Part shown: positions 23,801 to 33,408 of the stretch, piece after piece
Numbering within the stretch: the first letter of the stretch is position 1
Layout of the letters: each line of letters starts with the position of its first letter
Origin: Catajapyx aquilonaris
Lineage: Eukaryota
Direction: 5' to 3'
Length of the DNA stretch: 64,000 bases
Assembly (NCBI GenBank): GCA_000934665.2
Contig: KZ538343.1
Span: forward strand, 1-64,000
The notes under the pieces: generated by a model
Database searches by the model: none
What the model saw: only the letters and a program-made list of their open reading frames with translations
What the model was told of the DNA's origin: nothing
Translations under genes and position numbers: made by a program

Positions 23801-26800
23801 TAAAAAAAACCACACAGTGCATGGGGTTGTACCCGGATTCTTACTCTGACGGGATTTGATCACCTATTGCACATGGATGTGTTACAGTTAAAGACCCAAG
23901 GCCGGATTATTCGGAGGACCTCCAGCTGGCTTTTGCTTCTTTGAAGCTGGCGGAACGGATGTGACATCACGAAACTTTGACGGCACCGTAGGCATTAACT
24001 ACGCAACAGCGCCCAAAATTAATTGCACATACCTATATGAGTTTTACGAGTACTATCAGTCTACCTGGCGATTGTCCACAAGTTTCCCTTCACCCTGTAC
24101 ATGTAGAGTTTTCAATGTGCGAATGCAAGTCATTTAAACGATTAATTTAGGCTTTCTTGTTAAATGCACCACTTGGGTCTGCATAAGTGCATACAAAAAC
24201 ATATGCTGGGTGTTTTTGTTACTAGTAGGTCATCTGGCAGTCAGCGTACTCATTGGCCCAAAACCAGTCAAAAATAAAGGGGTGAGAAATGTTGAGGGAC
24301 TAACCAGTAATGAGATAGACGACCATAAACATTAGCCTGACCCTAGACACATGCGGAAACACACACGACGCCTTTTTGAAGGGAGACCACCTGGAAGATC
24401 GACCCACTCACCTTGCAATAGTTGCCTAGGGAGCAGGATATGAGCATGATCATCATGGCTGCAAAAGCCAATCTTGCAAAATAATCTCAGTAATGATTAT
24501 CACACTCATATCCTTCTCCCTAGGCCAGTAGTTCCCAACCTGTGGGTCGCGAAGCCTTTTCCGGTGGGTCATGCGTGGCTGCGATTATTTTTATACGTTA
24601 AAAAATAACTAAAATCTATAATATTAAAATGCTTGAGTTTGGGGGCCAAGCCCTCTGATTGGTCCCATGCATATATTGTTACCGCCACATCCCCATTGGC
24701 CCACGTTCCACTCATGCCCCATGGGGTGTAAACAACTCCTCTGTTGGGTTGCCGGGGAAACTGTCCATTCCTTCTCTGTATTGTTGCCCAGTTGGCATTA
24801 CTGTGAAGTTGTTTACAGAGTCAGTTCCCTTTATGGAAAGACAGACACAGGACAGACATGTTCTCACTTCTCACTAATCAGGCCGTTTGAAGACGGCTGG
24901 AGGGCTAACGTTTCACCTTCCCCTGGCTCCCCCAGCGATATGGTGCGTCAAATAGGTACACCAGGCCACAGGCCTAGAAAAGAGCGAGCGAAGCGAGTGG
25001 TTTTCTACGCCTGCGCCCTGTCGCGACCCGAAAAAGGTTGGGAACCACTGCCCTAGGCAATCACTGTACGTAAGAAGGTCCACCTGTCAGGGGATCTCCC
25101 TAAAGAGGTGTTGTGTGTGTCGCTACATGTTGTTCAGGGGCAGGTAAATATGTATGGTTGGCTACCTTGTTACCAGTTGGTCCCTCGACATTTCTCCCCC
25201 ATACATTTTCGACTTGGTTTGGGCCAAAATATGCTGACTGGCAGATGACCTACTACTTGCCCAACACCAATGAAGTTCGCATAGCCCGAAAATCACCTGC
25301 ATGTTGATGTTACAAATACGAATTACTTGAGAATGAAATATGCTTTAATCACACAACTTACATGCTAATGAGATATCAATGCATTTGTCAGTGGAACAAG
25401 AAGAATGGGTCAGTATTTATTTAGCGCGCTGGGGGCAATGGAGTTCGCCCACAGCGCTAAACACGCCACAAAGTTCGCACACTGTTAAATACAGACTTTT
25501 GAGGTTGTGCCAGATGATAAAAAGAAAGTGCAGGTCTCTTGCCCTGCACCACAATGCCATTACTCATTGCACTAGGTATCTGAAAATAACAATCACGGAA
25601 GGTGATAAGCCCATTCCTCCAGAGGTATGCAAGGTGATATGGAAGAGATCTGAAGAAGGAAAGTCTGCGTATGTGGTTGCTCAAGAAGGGCATGTGCCAT
25701 GCTCAATGATAAGGGGCATGGCATGAAGTAACAAAACTACAAGAACCATCCAGAAAAACCTTATTATGGACGTCACCAGGCAACAGCAGCAAGGAAAAAC
25801 CGAGAGATGAGAAAAATGTGTCGCAAAATTGGCGAAAGGAGCAGCGACCATCAATTTCATAATGGCCAGAGGTGACCCAAAAGGTGTTCCACACAACAAC
25901 CTGTCGCCTCTGCATCCATGACATGAAGATGAACTTTTATGCGCAACTTCTCAAAGACTATTAAACGGGGAATTCATGAAATCAGGACCTGCCCTCTTGA
26001 CAATAGGGCACGAAGGAACCACTCTTGATGGTACTGGAACAGGAAAAAGACTTGCTTGGGAGAAGGAATGGAAGCATTGGGCACATCAGATGTGGTATTA
26101 GTCATGTTTCGCGAGGAATTAGTCAGTACAGGAACATCCATAATTGAGTACTGCAAACAAAGAGGCGTACCATCCCCATGTCTCACTAGAACATTCAAAC
26201 ATGCACACAGCATTATGGTGTGGGGATGCATGGGTATAGTGTTGGCCTTGGCAACTTTCACGGCATCAATGGCACCATCGATGCAGCCATGTTTCAGGAG
26301 ATTTTGAGAGACCATATGCTGTATGTGCCCTCAATAGCAACCTTACATCCGGATGTCAACATAATATTTCAACAGGACTTTGCATCTTGCCAAAACAGCG
26401 GAAGCAAGTGGCTGGCAGACAAGGGGATTGGCATTTTACGTGAGACAGACTGGAAAATCATGAAGAAGGTACTTCAGAGGAAACATCCTTGCACCAAGGC
26501 ATCCCTTGAGGGCCAAACTATGGGAGGTTTGGGACACCATCACTCTAGCTGAGTGCCAGAGCTCATTCAACACAATCATGTCGTGTTGTGTGGAGGCCAT
26601 GGTGATGTCACCTGAGGCGAACTTTGTGGCGCGCTAAATGAATCCTGTCCTATTTGTCTTGTTCCACTGACAAATGCATTGACATCTCGCCCCAACATTG
26701 CTCTTCCATGAGGTTCATTAGCATATAAGTTGTGCGATTAAAACATGATTCATTCTCAAGTAATTCGTATTTGTAACATCGACATGCAGGTGATTTTCGT

Positions 26801-29197
26801 GCTACACGAACTTCATTGGTGTTGGGCAAGTAGTAAGAAACACCCGGTATAACCCTCAAACATGTTCATCATACATATAAACTAGTGTCAAAACTGGATA
26901 AGTATCCACAAAGTACAAAATAATGTGACACCTTTCTCACTGCTCTGATAATAATAAACATGTCAATCTCAGAAGATATAAATACATGTATAAACTACAA
27001 ATAATATTAAAATACCTGGCATTGGACATAGAATACAATTTTACACATTCCTAAAAGTGTAACTCACCAAAACAGGCAAGCTTCTACTCTTGGAAAAGGT
27101 TAAAAATTTAAACTAAAGCCATTAAGTTCATGGGACATAAGCCTGAGACTGTTGCAGACAATTATTTAGAAAAACATAATTTGCCAATTCTACTAAGTTT
27201 TCCAGGCAGTGAAATAGAGTGGTGCATAGCCCAAGTCCTCAGTTCAAAAGAGGGTAGGTAAAGAAGTTATAGATGATTTACCCCAGCAACCAGTTTAAAG
27301 TGAAAGAACCCTTGGAAGCAACACTTAGGGCTACATTTATTTGTTGCGATTGTTGCTAGTCTTGAAACTGGATGCTGAAGGGACAACCCATAATTTCCCC
27401 TGCCTCCATTGTTAAAATGTGGACTTGGGAAGGACCATCTCATATACAAAATGATAACAGAATGCTTCAAAAATGGCAATAGTGTGAATGTTAAAGCATG
27501 TGACAATAATAAAAAATATTTATCATAACATGAAATTATACTCCATTGGAGGCACACTTACTCGAATGTCATCTTCCTTTGCACCTTCTAGCTTCTTCTT
27601 GAATTCATCGTCACTTTCAAGGGCCTGAACTACTTCTTTCAGGTAGCGGTTGTACTCAATCTTGAGGTCCTAAAATTAGTTGATTAAAAATTGTTCAATT
27701 TCATCATCAATTGCAAATGGGGACTATGACCTCAATAAGTGCAAGTGAGGCAATAACATGCAGCTGAATATTTGATTCATACAACAAGCTGGTAGGAATT
27801 GATAGTTGCTATGTAACAAACCTTAAAATTGGGACTCAAAATGATCGTAGCATCAATATTTGTGATATACGAGTATTTTTTGCATAATCATCAATAAAAG
27901 CAGCTGTAACCTTCGTATATGTCATGTGGAACCACTTTTTATACCCAAGCCGCATCAGATATTGCATAATTACGTAGTATACAATGTGCAACATATGCTG
28001 CTACATGTTGCTAATGATGTCGCCAACCGGCTGTGTACAGTACATAGGCATGAATGTTGTGTACACTAGTACACATACCTACACGAAGTATAATCTACCG
28101 TAGGCCTACTATACGAGACTTCAAAACCGGGGAGGGGGATCAGATAAACGAGTGCCGCATTTGACTCGTCTGTGCTATCGGTTTCGTGCCACCGAGGATA
28201 AGTTCGAATTCGCCTTCGCCGCAAGAAAAATACTATTTTGGTTTGGTTCACGTGCCACAATCACTCTGAGATGCAGAGAGGTCAACGTGGCCTCGAACTC
28301 GCATTGGAATCGGAAAACAGGTTAAGTTCGTGGGGGTGCCCAGAGGGTGGGGGGTCAAAGACACCGCTCCCATTCATCACTCGTTACTTGTATTGGATTC
28401 ATGACACCTTGTATCGTCATGGATTTGCCAGGCACACCTACCACCCGAACTTGGTGATCCTGTGTTGCTCCGTTTGGCATACAGCGAGGCTCAGAGCAAC
28501 AAGTGCATAAGTGCCAACTCATTTTGGAGTCGAATTAACCTCTTTTCCGATTTCATGGTTCAAGTAAATCTGCCTAACAGTTGGTCGGCAGTACTCCAAT
28601 TTCGAGTTTTTATAGCCCTTTTCCCGAAATTAATTCCAGGATTTCTAGACAAGTAAAATTGTTAAAGACACATTCACAACATTTCCCCAGATCTGGTAAG
28701 TCTAGCTGTTATTATTTGTAAAATATCTTGTCAGTATCTTCGGAGTACGCGTAAGCCGAAATCTGTGTGGTTTGGGCCTATCTGGTAGTGAAGGGGTTAA
28801 TGACAAAAAGCATTGTGTCTGACTGTTCAAGACTGTCATGTACAGTTTTGGCATGCAGGAATCTGAAATGCTCAGTGTATCTGACATGATGCAACTGGAC
28901 AAAGACAGAGTTGTATCAGTAAGTTATGAAATTCAGCTCTGTAATAATCTCTCCTGCCTGCAGTATCCAGCTGTTACTAACAATAAAAAGCCATACCCAC
29001 AATAATCACCATACAAATTTCTCTGTACTGACCGGGTAGTTCTGCGCTGCAGCTGGATCCCCATCAATATCATTGGTCTCCTTACTCCCATTGATGTCAT
29101 TACTCTCCTGTTTACCTCCTGGCTGCTTCTTTTTATCCACAGGGGGTCCGACAATGCACGTGACCAGCAGTGCCAAGCAGACCCAACGCAACAGCAT
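14476..29197 (-). CDS. NUCB1: Nucleobindin (NUCB1/NUCB2 family secreted/Golgi Ca2+-binding EF-hand protein), 8 coding exons: 29197-29033, 27669-27562, 23581-23360, 21011-20838, 20730-20628, 19237-18900, 15503-15093, 14832-14476; 1878 nt, about 625 aa
   Basis: The joined translation contains nucleobindin hallmarks: [76 protein letters not shown]-hand loops [12 protein letters not shown] and [12 protein letters not shown], and [10 protein letters not shown]. All introns are GT..AG and the phases join without frameshift. Invertebrates usually have one gene, often annotated nucleobindin-2. Confidence 0.93.
15093..15503 (-). CDS. NUCB1: Nucleobindin coding exon 7, Gln/His/Pro-rich
   Basis: Acceptor ATAAAAG|CTG with an in-frame TAA just upstream, donor CAT|GTACGA, 411 nt, phase 0-0; ORF 15051-15488. 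Confidence 0.72.
16085..16925. mobile_element. Foldback element with apparently identical 385-bp arms, in nucleobindin intron 6
   Basis: 16088-16472 is the reverse complement of 16538-16922 (identical 67-aa ORFs on both strands), 65-bp loop, TA on both sides. Confidence 0.9.
18090..18410 (+). pseudogene. Internally deleted Tc1/mariner-superfamily transposase remnant
   Basis: Fragments [29 protein letters not shown] and [24 protein letters not shown] resemble N- and C-terminal motifs of insect mariner-like transposases (recognised from memory). Confidence 0.55.
18900..19237 (-). CDS. NUCB1: Nucleobindin coding exon 6 (both EF-hand loops and acidic linker)
   Basis: Acceptor CTTACAG|AC completes GAC (Asp), donor TTG|GTCAGT, 338 nt. 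Confidence 0.95.
19691..20134. mobile_element. piggyBac-like MITE
   Basis: TTAA TSD; TIR CCCTTA(G/A)CTACGTAGGTGGAGCCTGAGAGGCTCCAA; a related right end lies at about 38460-38556. Confidence 0.9.
20628..20730 (-). CDS. NUCB1: Nucleobindin coding exon 5 ([34 protein letters not shown])
   Basis: Acceptor CTTTCAG|TTG, donor G|GTAAGT, 103 nt, ends in phase 1. Confidence 0.95.
20838..21011 (-). CDS. NUCB1: Nucleobindin coding exon 4 ([24 protein letters not shown]...DHPQ)
   Basis: Acceptor TTTTACAG|ACA, donor CAG|GTGAGA, 174 nt. Confidence 0.95.
21656..23242 (-). mobile_element. Degenerate mariner element with the 5' half of a transposase pseudogene and about 200-bp inverted ends
   Basis: TA TSD; TIR C(C/A)AGGGCTGTC(A/C)AAAAAGTATCC; minus-strand fragments [56 protein letters not shown]. 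Confidence 0.9.
22243..22913. mobile_element. PIF/Harbinger-like non-autonomous element inserted in the mariner transposase
   Basis: TIR GG..G..CAGTAGCAAAAATA; TAA/TTA flanks; interrupts the transposase frame between ...GITHI and QWYNCF. Confidence 0.65.
23360..23581 (-). CDS. NUCB1: Nucleobindin coding exon 3 (SGKIAKEL...LKKLILQ)
   Basis: Acceptor CCAG|TCA, donor CAG|GTAAGA, 222 nt; overlaps ORF 23315-23551. Confidence 0.95.
23651..24097. mobile_element. Tc1/mariner-type MITE, 70 nt from the exon 3 acceptor
   Basis: TA TSD; about 65-bp TIR CAGGGTG(C/A)AGGGAAACT...AATCGCCAGGTAGACTGATAGTACTC. Confidence 0.88.
24526..25050. mobile_element. hAT (Buster/Charlie-type) MITE
   Basis: TIR CAGT(A/G)GTTCCCAACC; perfect 8-bp TSD CCCTAGGC at 24518-24525 and 25051-25058. 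Confidence 0.9.
25253..26833 (+). mobile_element. Tc1-family transposon with about 180-200-bp TIRs and a frameshifted transposase pseudogene
   Basis: TA TSD; TIR CTACTTGCCCAACACCAATGAAGTTCG; fragments [54 protein letters not shown]. Confidence 0.9.
27562..27669 (-). CDS. NUCB1: Nucleobindin coding exon 2 ([36 protein letters not shown])
   Basis: Read by hand; not in the ORF track. Acceptor TTTTAG|GAC, donor CGA|GTAAGT, 108 nt. Confidence 0.92.
29033..29197 (-). CDS. NUCB1: Nucleobindin coding exon 1: signal peptide [17 protein letters not shown], then PPVDKKK...QNYP
   Basis: ATG at 29197-29195, hydrophobic N-terminus, donor CCG|GTCAGT, 165 nt, phase 0. Confidence 0.85.
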
Positions 29198-29379
29198 TAT
29201 GAACTCTACAACCTGCTGGTGGTCAACCAAATGGATGGTGTAATCACCAGCTGGCCTCTTATAACTTCCTTCTCAAAACCCCCAAGGGTGTGCTACAAGG
29301 GCAAAGAAATAGTGCGCCGCAACCCAACCCGTCAAAGAAAAGTGGGGCTGGGAGAGGGGGGGAACGCTACGTTTCACTT

Positions 29380-29580
29380 TTGGCACATGTAGAACACGTA
29401 TCTGCTGGAGAGTGGCTTACGGACTACGGCTCGTCACACGGGCTGAGGCACGGGCTCAGGAGATGCTCACTTGTCATCAGTGTGTACAGTCACGTGTGCA
29501 GTGACGTGTTGTACTTCACGCGTTCGAAACTTACGTTTGTGGTTCGAGTTTTCTGAGCGTGACGTCATGCATTTTGTAGC
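29380..29580 (-). promoter_or_regulatory. Putative nucleobindin promoter / 5' UTR region with CRE/UPRE-type ACGT-core motifs
   Basis: CpG-rich stretch upstream of the ATG with TCACGTG 29490-29496, TGACGTG 29502-29508 and TGACGTCA 29560-29567. Confidence 0.45.
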
Positions 29581-29703
29581 GCTTGTTCGGTATGGACGAT
29601 AGATGGCAAGAGAGGTGCCAGGAAAGCCATATGCATGATAGCACGATAGCGACCTTGGCGGGGTTTTGAGGCACCACTTTCACACTGCTCAAATATGGTA
29701 CAG

Positions 29704-30081
29704 CAGTGGTCCCCAACCCCCGGGCCGCGGACCGGTACCGGTCCGTGGATCAAATGGTACCGGGCCGCCCAATTATTTCAATTTCATTTTTTTTTCTACA
29801 TTTTCGATATATCGTCTGATCTCGGGTAGTGGTACGGTATTTCTGGCCTTGGCAGGGTATTTCCAACGCTATACCCCTAGATGGAACCGTCTCGTTGCAA
29901 AGAAACAAGCTCAGGGTTCTCATTGATTTTGCGTTCTAGTGAGGTGACATGTTCGATCACTTTATATTCATTTTTTGGTGTAACTATATTTTATTTTGAA
30001 NCCCCCCCCCCTCTCAGCGGGCCGTGGTAAAATTATCAAACGTTGACCGGTCCGGGGCGATAAAAAGGTTGGGGACCACTG
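29704..30081 (+). mobile_element. hAT Charlie3/MER1-like MITE retaining the transposase C-terminus
   Basis: TIR CAGTGGTCCCCAACC; perfect TSD TGGTACAG at 29696-29703 and 30082-30089; internal frame ends TPRWNRLVAKKQAQGSH-stop. Confidence 0.88.
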
Positions 30082-30444
30082 TGGTACAGTACCGGTACAG
30101 TATACCGGTATTTATGTCGCTCAAAAAGATGAAGACGATTTAGCATTAAAGTGAAATTACCCAAAATCGTCGCTCTTTTTCAGCGACACAGTAGATCTAT
30201 CGACATCTATCGTTATTAACCTTGATAAAAGCTACATGATATGCGCCCCTAGTGAATTACATTTACCAGCTCTAATGAGAGACGATATAAAAATTATGAA
30301 ATTGGATGTTGTAGAGATGTAGAAAAACAAACATTATCACTCATCATTCAATTTTCTTCTGGATTTACATCATGTTCCTCTTGTCTGTGATTAATTATAA
30401 GTTAAGTCCTTTCAAGAGCAGGCACGTCTATCTCATATGTAAAT

Positions 30445-31666
30445 GAATCATGGAAATCAAAACCGCGTTATGTTGCATTTTCAAGATAAACGAAACTCGA
30501 CCTTATTGAACAAAGCCTATAATAACAAAAATACGGATCGCACATGAGTGATATTGGTATCCACGGAAAGATTTGGCGAAACAGTCGACATAGCAGGTGG
30601 TCCGACCCCTTTCAGTTGAACGACGACTGAATGGCAAGGAACAGTTGGACCTCCCCGGAGACGCCAAAAAAACATAGCGCAGTTTTGATTACTACACTGT
30701 CGTTGAACGTAAATCCACACTTTGTTAAGCGAAAATCAAAATGGTGCACGCAACTCGCTATTATATTTTCAACATAGAGTGCGGGAAAAATAGTTCCGGC
30801 GAAACTGAACCCATGCCAGGTGGTTCGACGCTCGTCGCTCAAGCAGGAGGCGTACGGTGACGAGAGGTATTCACCCCGAACATAGCGAGGTTTTACGTTC
30901 CATGGAATATCGAGTGAAACTGTGAAAGGGTAATATGAGTGGACCAAAGAATAGCACAGAATCTGAGGTAGGCTACACTGGGATCCCGATTTCTTCGGTC
31001 CAGTGGCACATGCGGTCTTCTAAATATATATACTGCATAGAGGTGTGTCGCATATTAGGACCTACATTCCGTGCACTTCCTGGGTCCATTCATGTTGCTT
31101 TTCACTCAAGAATATATTCCATGTAACGTAAAAGAGCGCTCTATTCTATGTTGCAAATGGGGGGTGTACCTGTACTACTGCCGCTCACTGTACTACATAC
31201 ACGGCTCCTGCTCGAGCGACGAGCGTCGAACCACTTGGTATGGGCTCAGTTTCGGCGGAACTATTTTTTTCGCTCTCTATTCTACGAATCATAATTGCCA
31301 GTTGCGTGCACCATATTAGATTTTCGCTTAACATATAGCGTGGTTTTACGTTCCAAGACAGTGTGATAATCAAAACCGCGCTATGTTTTTGTTTGTTTGT
31401 TTGTTTTTTGGCCTCTACGGGGGGGGGGGGGGGGNNNNNNNNNNNNTGTCCAACTGTTCCTTGCCATTCTGTCGTCGTTCAACTCAAGGGGGTTCGACCA
31501 CGTGGTATGTCGACAGTTTCGCCAAATCTTTCCGTGGATACCAATATCACGCTTCACGCATGTGCGATCAGTAATTTCGTTTATTATATAGGCTTCGTTC
31601 AATAAGGCCGTCGAGTTTCGTTTATCTTGAAAATACAACATAGCGCGATTTTAATTTCCATGATTC
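30445..31666. mobile_element. Foldback element with about 410-460-bp inverted arms, possibly Sola-like
   Basis: Termini GAATCATGGAAAT / ATTTCCATGATTC; 4-bp TSD AAAT (AWWT) at 30441-30444 and 31667-31670; 12-N gap at 31435-31446. Confidence 0.8.
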
Positions 31667-32281
31667 AAATAATAATTAACAATATGACTGTCACTTCAAA
31701 AGCATGCACTTATTTATAGGCCTACTATAAGATATCTTTATTAGCCCCACACATGACCGCGTCTCTACTTTTAACCCTGATTCACATACCGGTATTATTA
31801 TGATCCGCACAAAATTCTATTTCTGGCATGGACCAGACCTGCATAATTAACTACCGTTTCGTGATGGATAGTAAACCCTGAACAAGTGATTGATCCTATA
31901 TATTATTCATATAGGAATAATTACTTGTTCTGGGTTTACTATCGATCATGCAATTGGCCCTGAAAGATATTTTTTAATTCACAATTCCACCCAGCCTTGA
32001 ATGAAACTCACCCTGAAAACAACTAATAGGCCTATAAAACCAGGTCTTAAATCACTTCCTTGCTCACGAGTTAGCCTACATAGGTAATGCCCACGTATCG
32101 CAATGAGTTTTCCAACAATGGGTAGGCTATATGATGGAAGGGCACTCCTGGTCCTGGGTATAGTTTTCGAGTAATCTCGGACTCGCCATCCAGACCTTTT
32201 TCTATATAATTTTAGTCCTATAATTATACGGTACACCTATTGCCTCTCTCAATGTCAGTTTAACTTATTGTAGTACCGTAT

Positions 32282-32425
32282 AGTTTAGGCCACAGCAATG
32301 CCACTATGAGGTCCGGCCCAAGTTCGATCTCCAGATCGGGTGAAGGACATTTCGATGCGTTCTCTGTGGATTCGCGGGGGATTCCTCGGAGTTCTCCCAT
32401 TCCTGACACTCTCAAAATGCATCAT
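32282..32425 (+). mobile_element. Old diverged copy of SINE family A
   Basis: GTTCGATCTCC B-box-like motif, then TTCTCTGTGGATTCGCGGGGGATTCCTCGGAGTTCTCCCATT. Confidence 0.55.
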
Positions 32426-32918
32426 AATTGGGATATAAATAGAGGTTTTAAAAATAAGGCATGACTTGGTTATAATTAACCTTATCGAGTCTAGTACGAC
32501 CGGGAAATTATGATTTAGTGTTTCTGAAACAGGATGTCATTCAAAATTAAGGAGTTACCTTTTTTGCTATGAAATTTTGTACAAAATATTGGTGAGCTTT
32601 ACAAGTTGTGACAGGGACGCTCACTGGCCACGGTGCTGTCGTAAGAATGATACGGTACAGCTAATGATCTGGGGTCGTTGGCAATCGAGATGCTTCCGTG
32701 TGACCTACTCACTGGCTATTTATTATTATCCAAAGTGTGGATCGGATGGCTACTTGCTGCAATCTTCTGAGGCCCGCTAACCATGCTGTATGATGTGGAC
32801 ACACCGTAACGGTAAATATAGGTACGAGTCGCATAATCAATATGTTAGTAGCAAGAACAAATATACACAAAAAGCTTCCGACAAAACAAGAGCCTGCACA
32901 CAATAGTTTTAGAAGATA

Positions 32919-33408
32919 AAGTTGACTCCTAGCTGATATAACAGACTCATTTTTCACCTCACCTCGGCTATAACATACATTTTTTGGTCTCTCGCTCGCT
33001 CGCCTTGGTGGAAAAATATGCTGCAAGTCTTCAATATATTGCCCGGCATCACTTCCCACCTGAAGAAAGCACTGCATACTGGAGCAGGAGTGATTTTCCC
33101 ATCCGTCACTGATCTACTCGCACGTTTTGCACCTCAAGATTGAGGCACGCACACACGTGCTATGTTCAATGTTTTCGGGAGTCTTAATCGTTGTTATGGG
33201 TCACAGAGCTGACCTTGGTTTTCCGGTGTAATTCTCGGGTGAGCTTTTCTCACTTTTGTGGATAGTGCGTTTTATTAATCACTATGCAGTAGTGTGCATT
33301 ATAGGCATATGGGAGGCAGAAAAGTGGCCATTTGGCTATAAGAGACTTGTGATTATAACATACCTTTTTCCGAGGCCCCTTGAAGTCTGCTATATCCGGA
33401 GTCAACTG
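32919..33408. mobile_element. pogo/Tigger-like MITE, same family as 10028-11525
   Basis: Ends AGTTGACTCC...GATATAACAGACT / AGTCTGCTATATCCGGAGTCAACTG-TA; shares GACTCATTTTTCACCTCAC. Confidence 0.75.
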
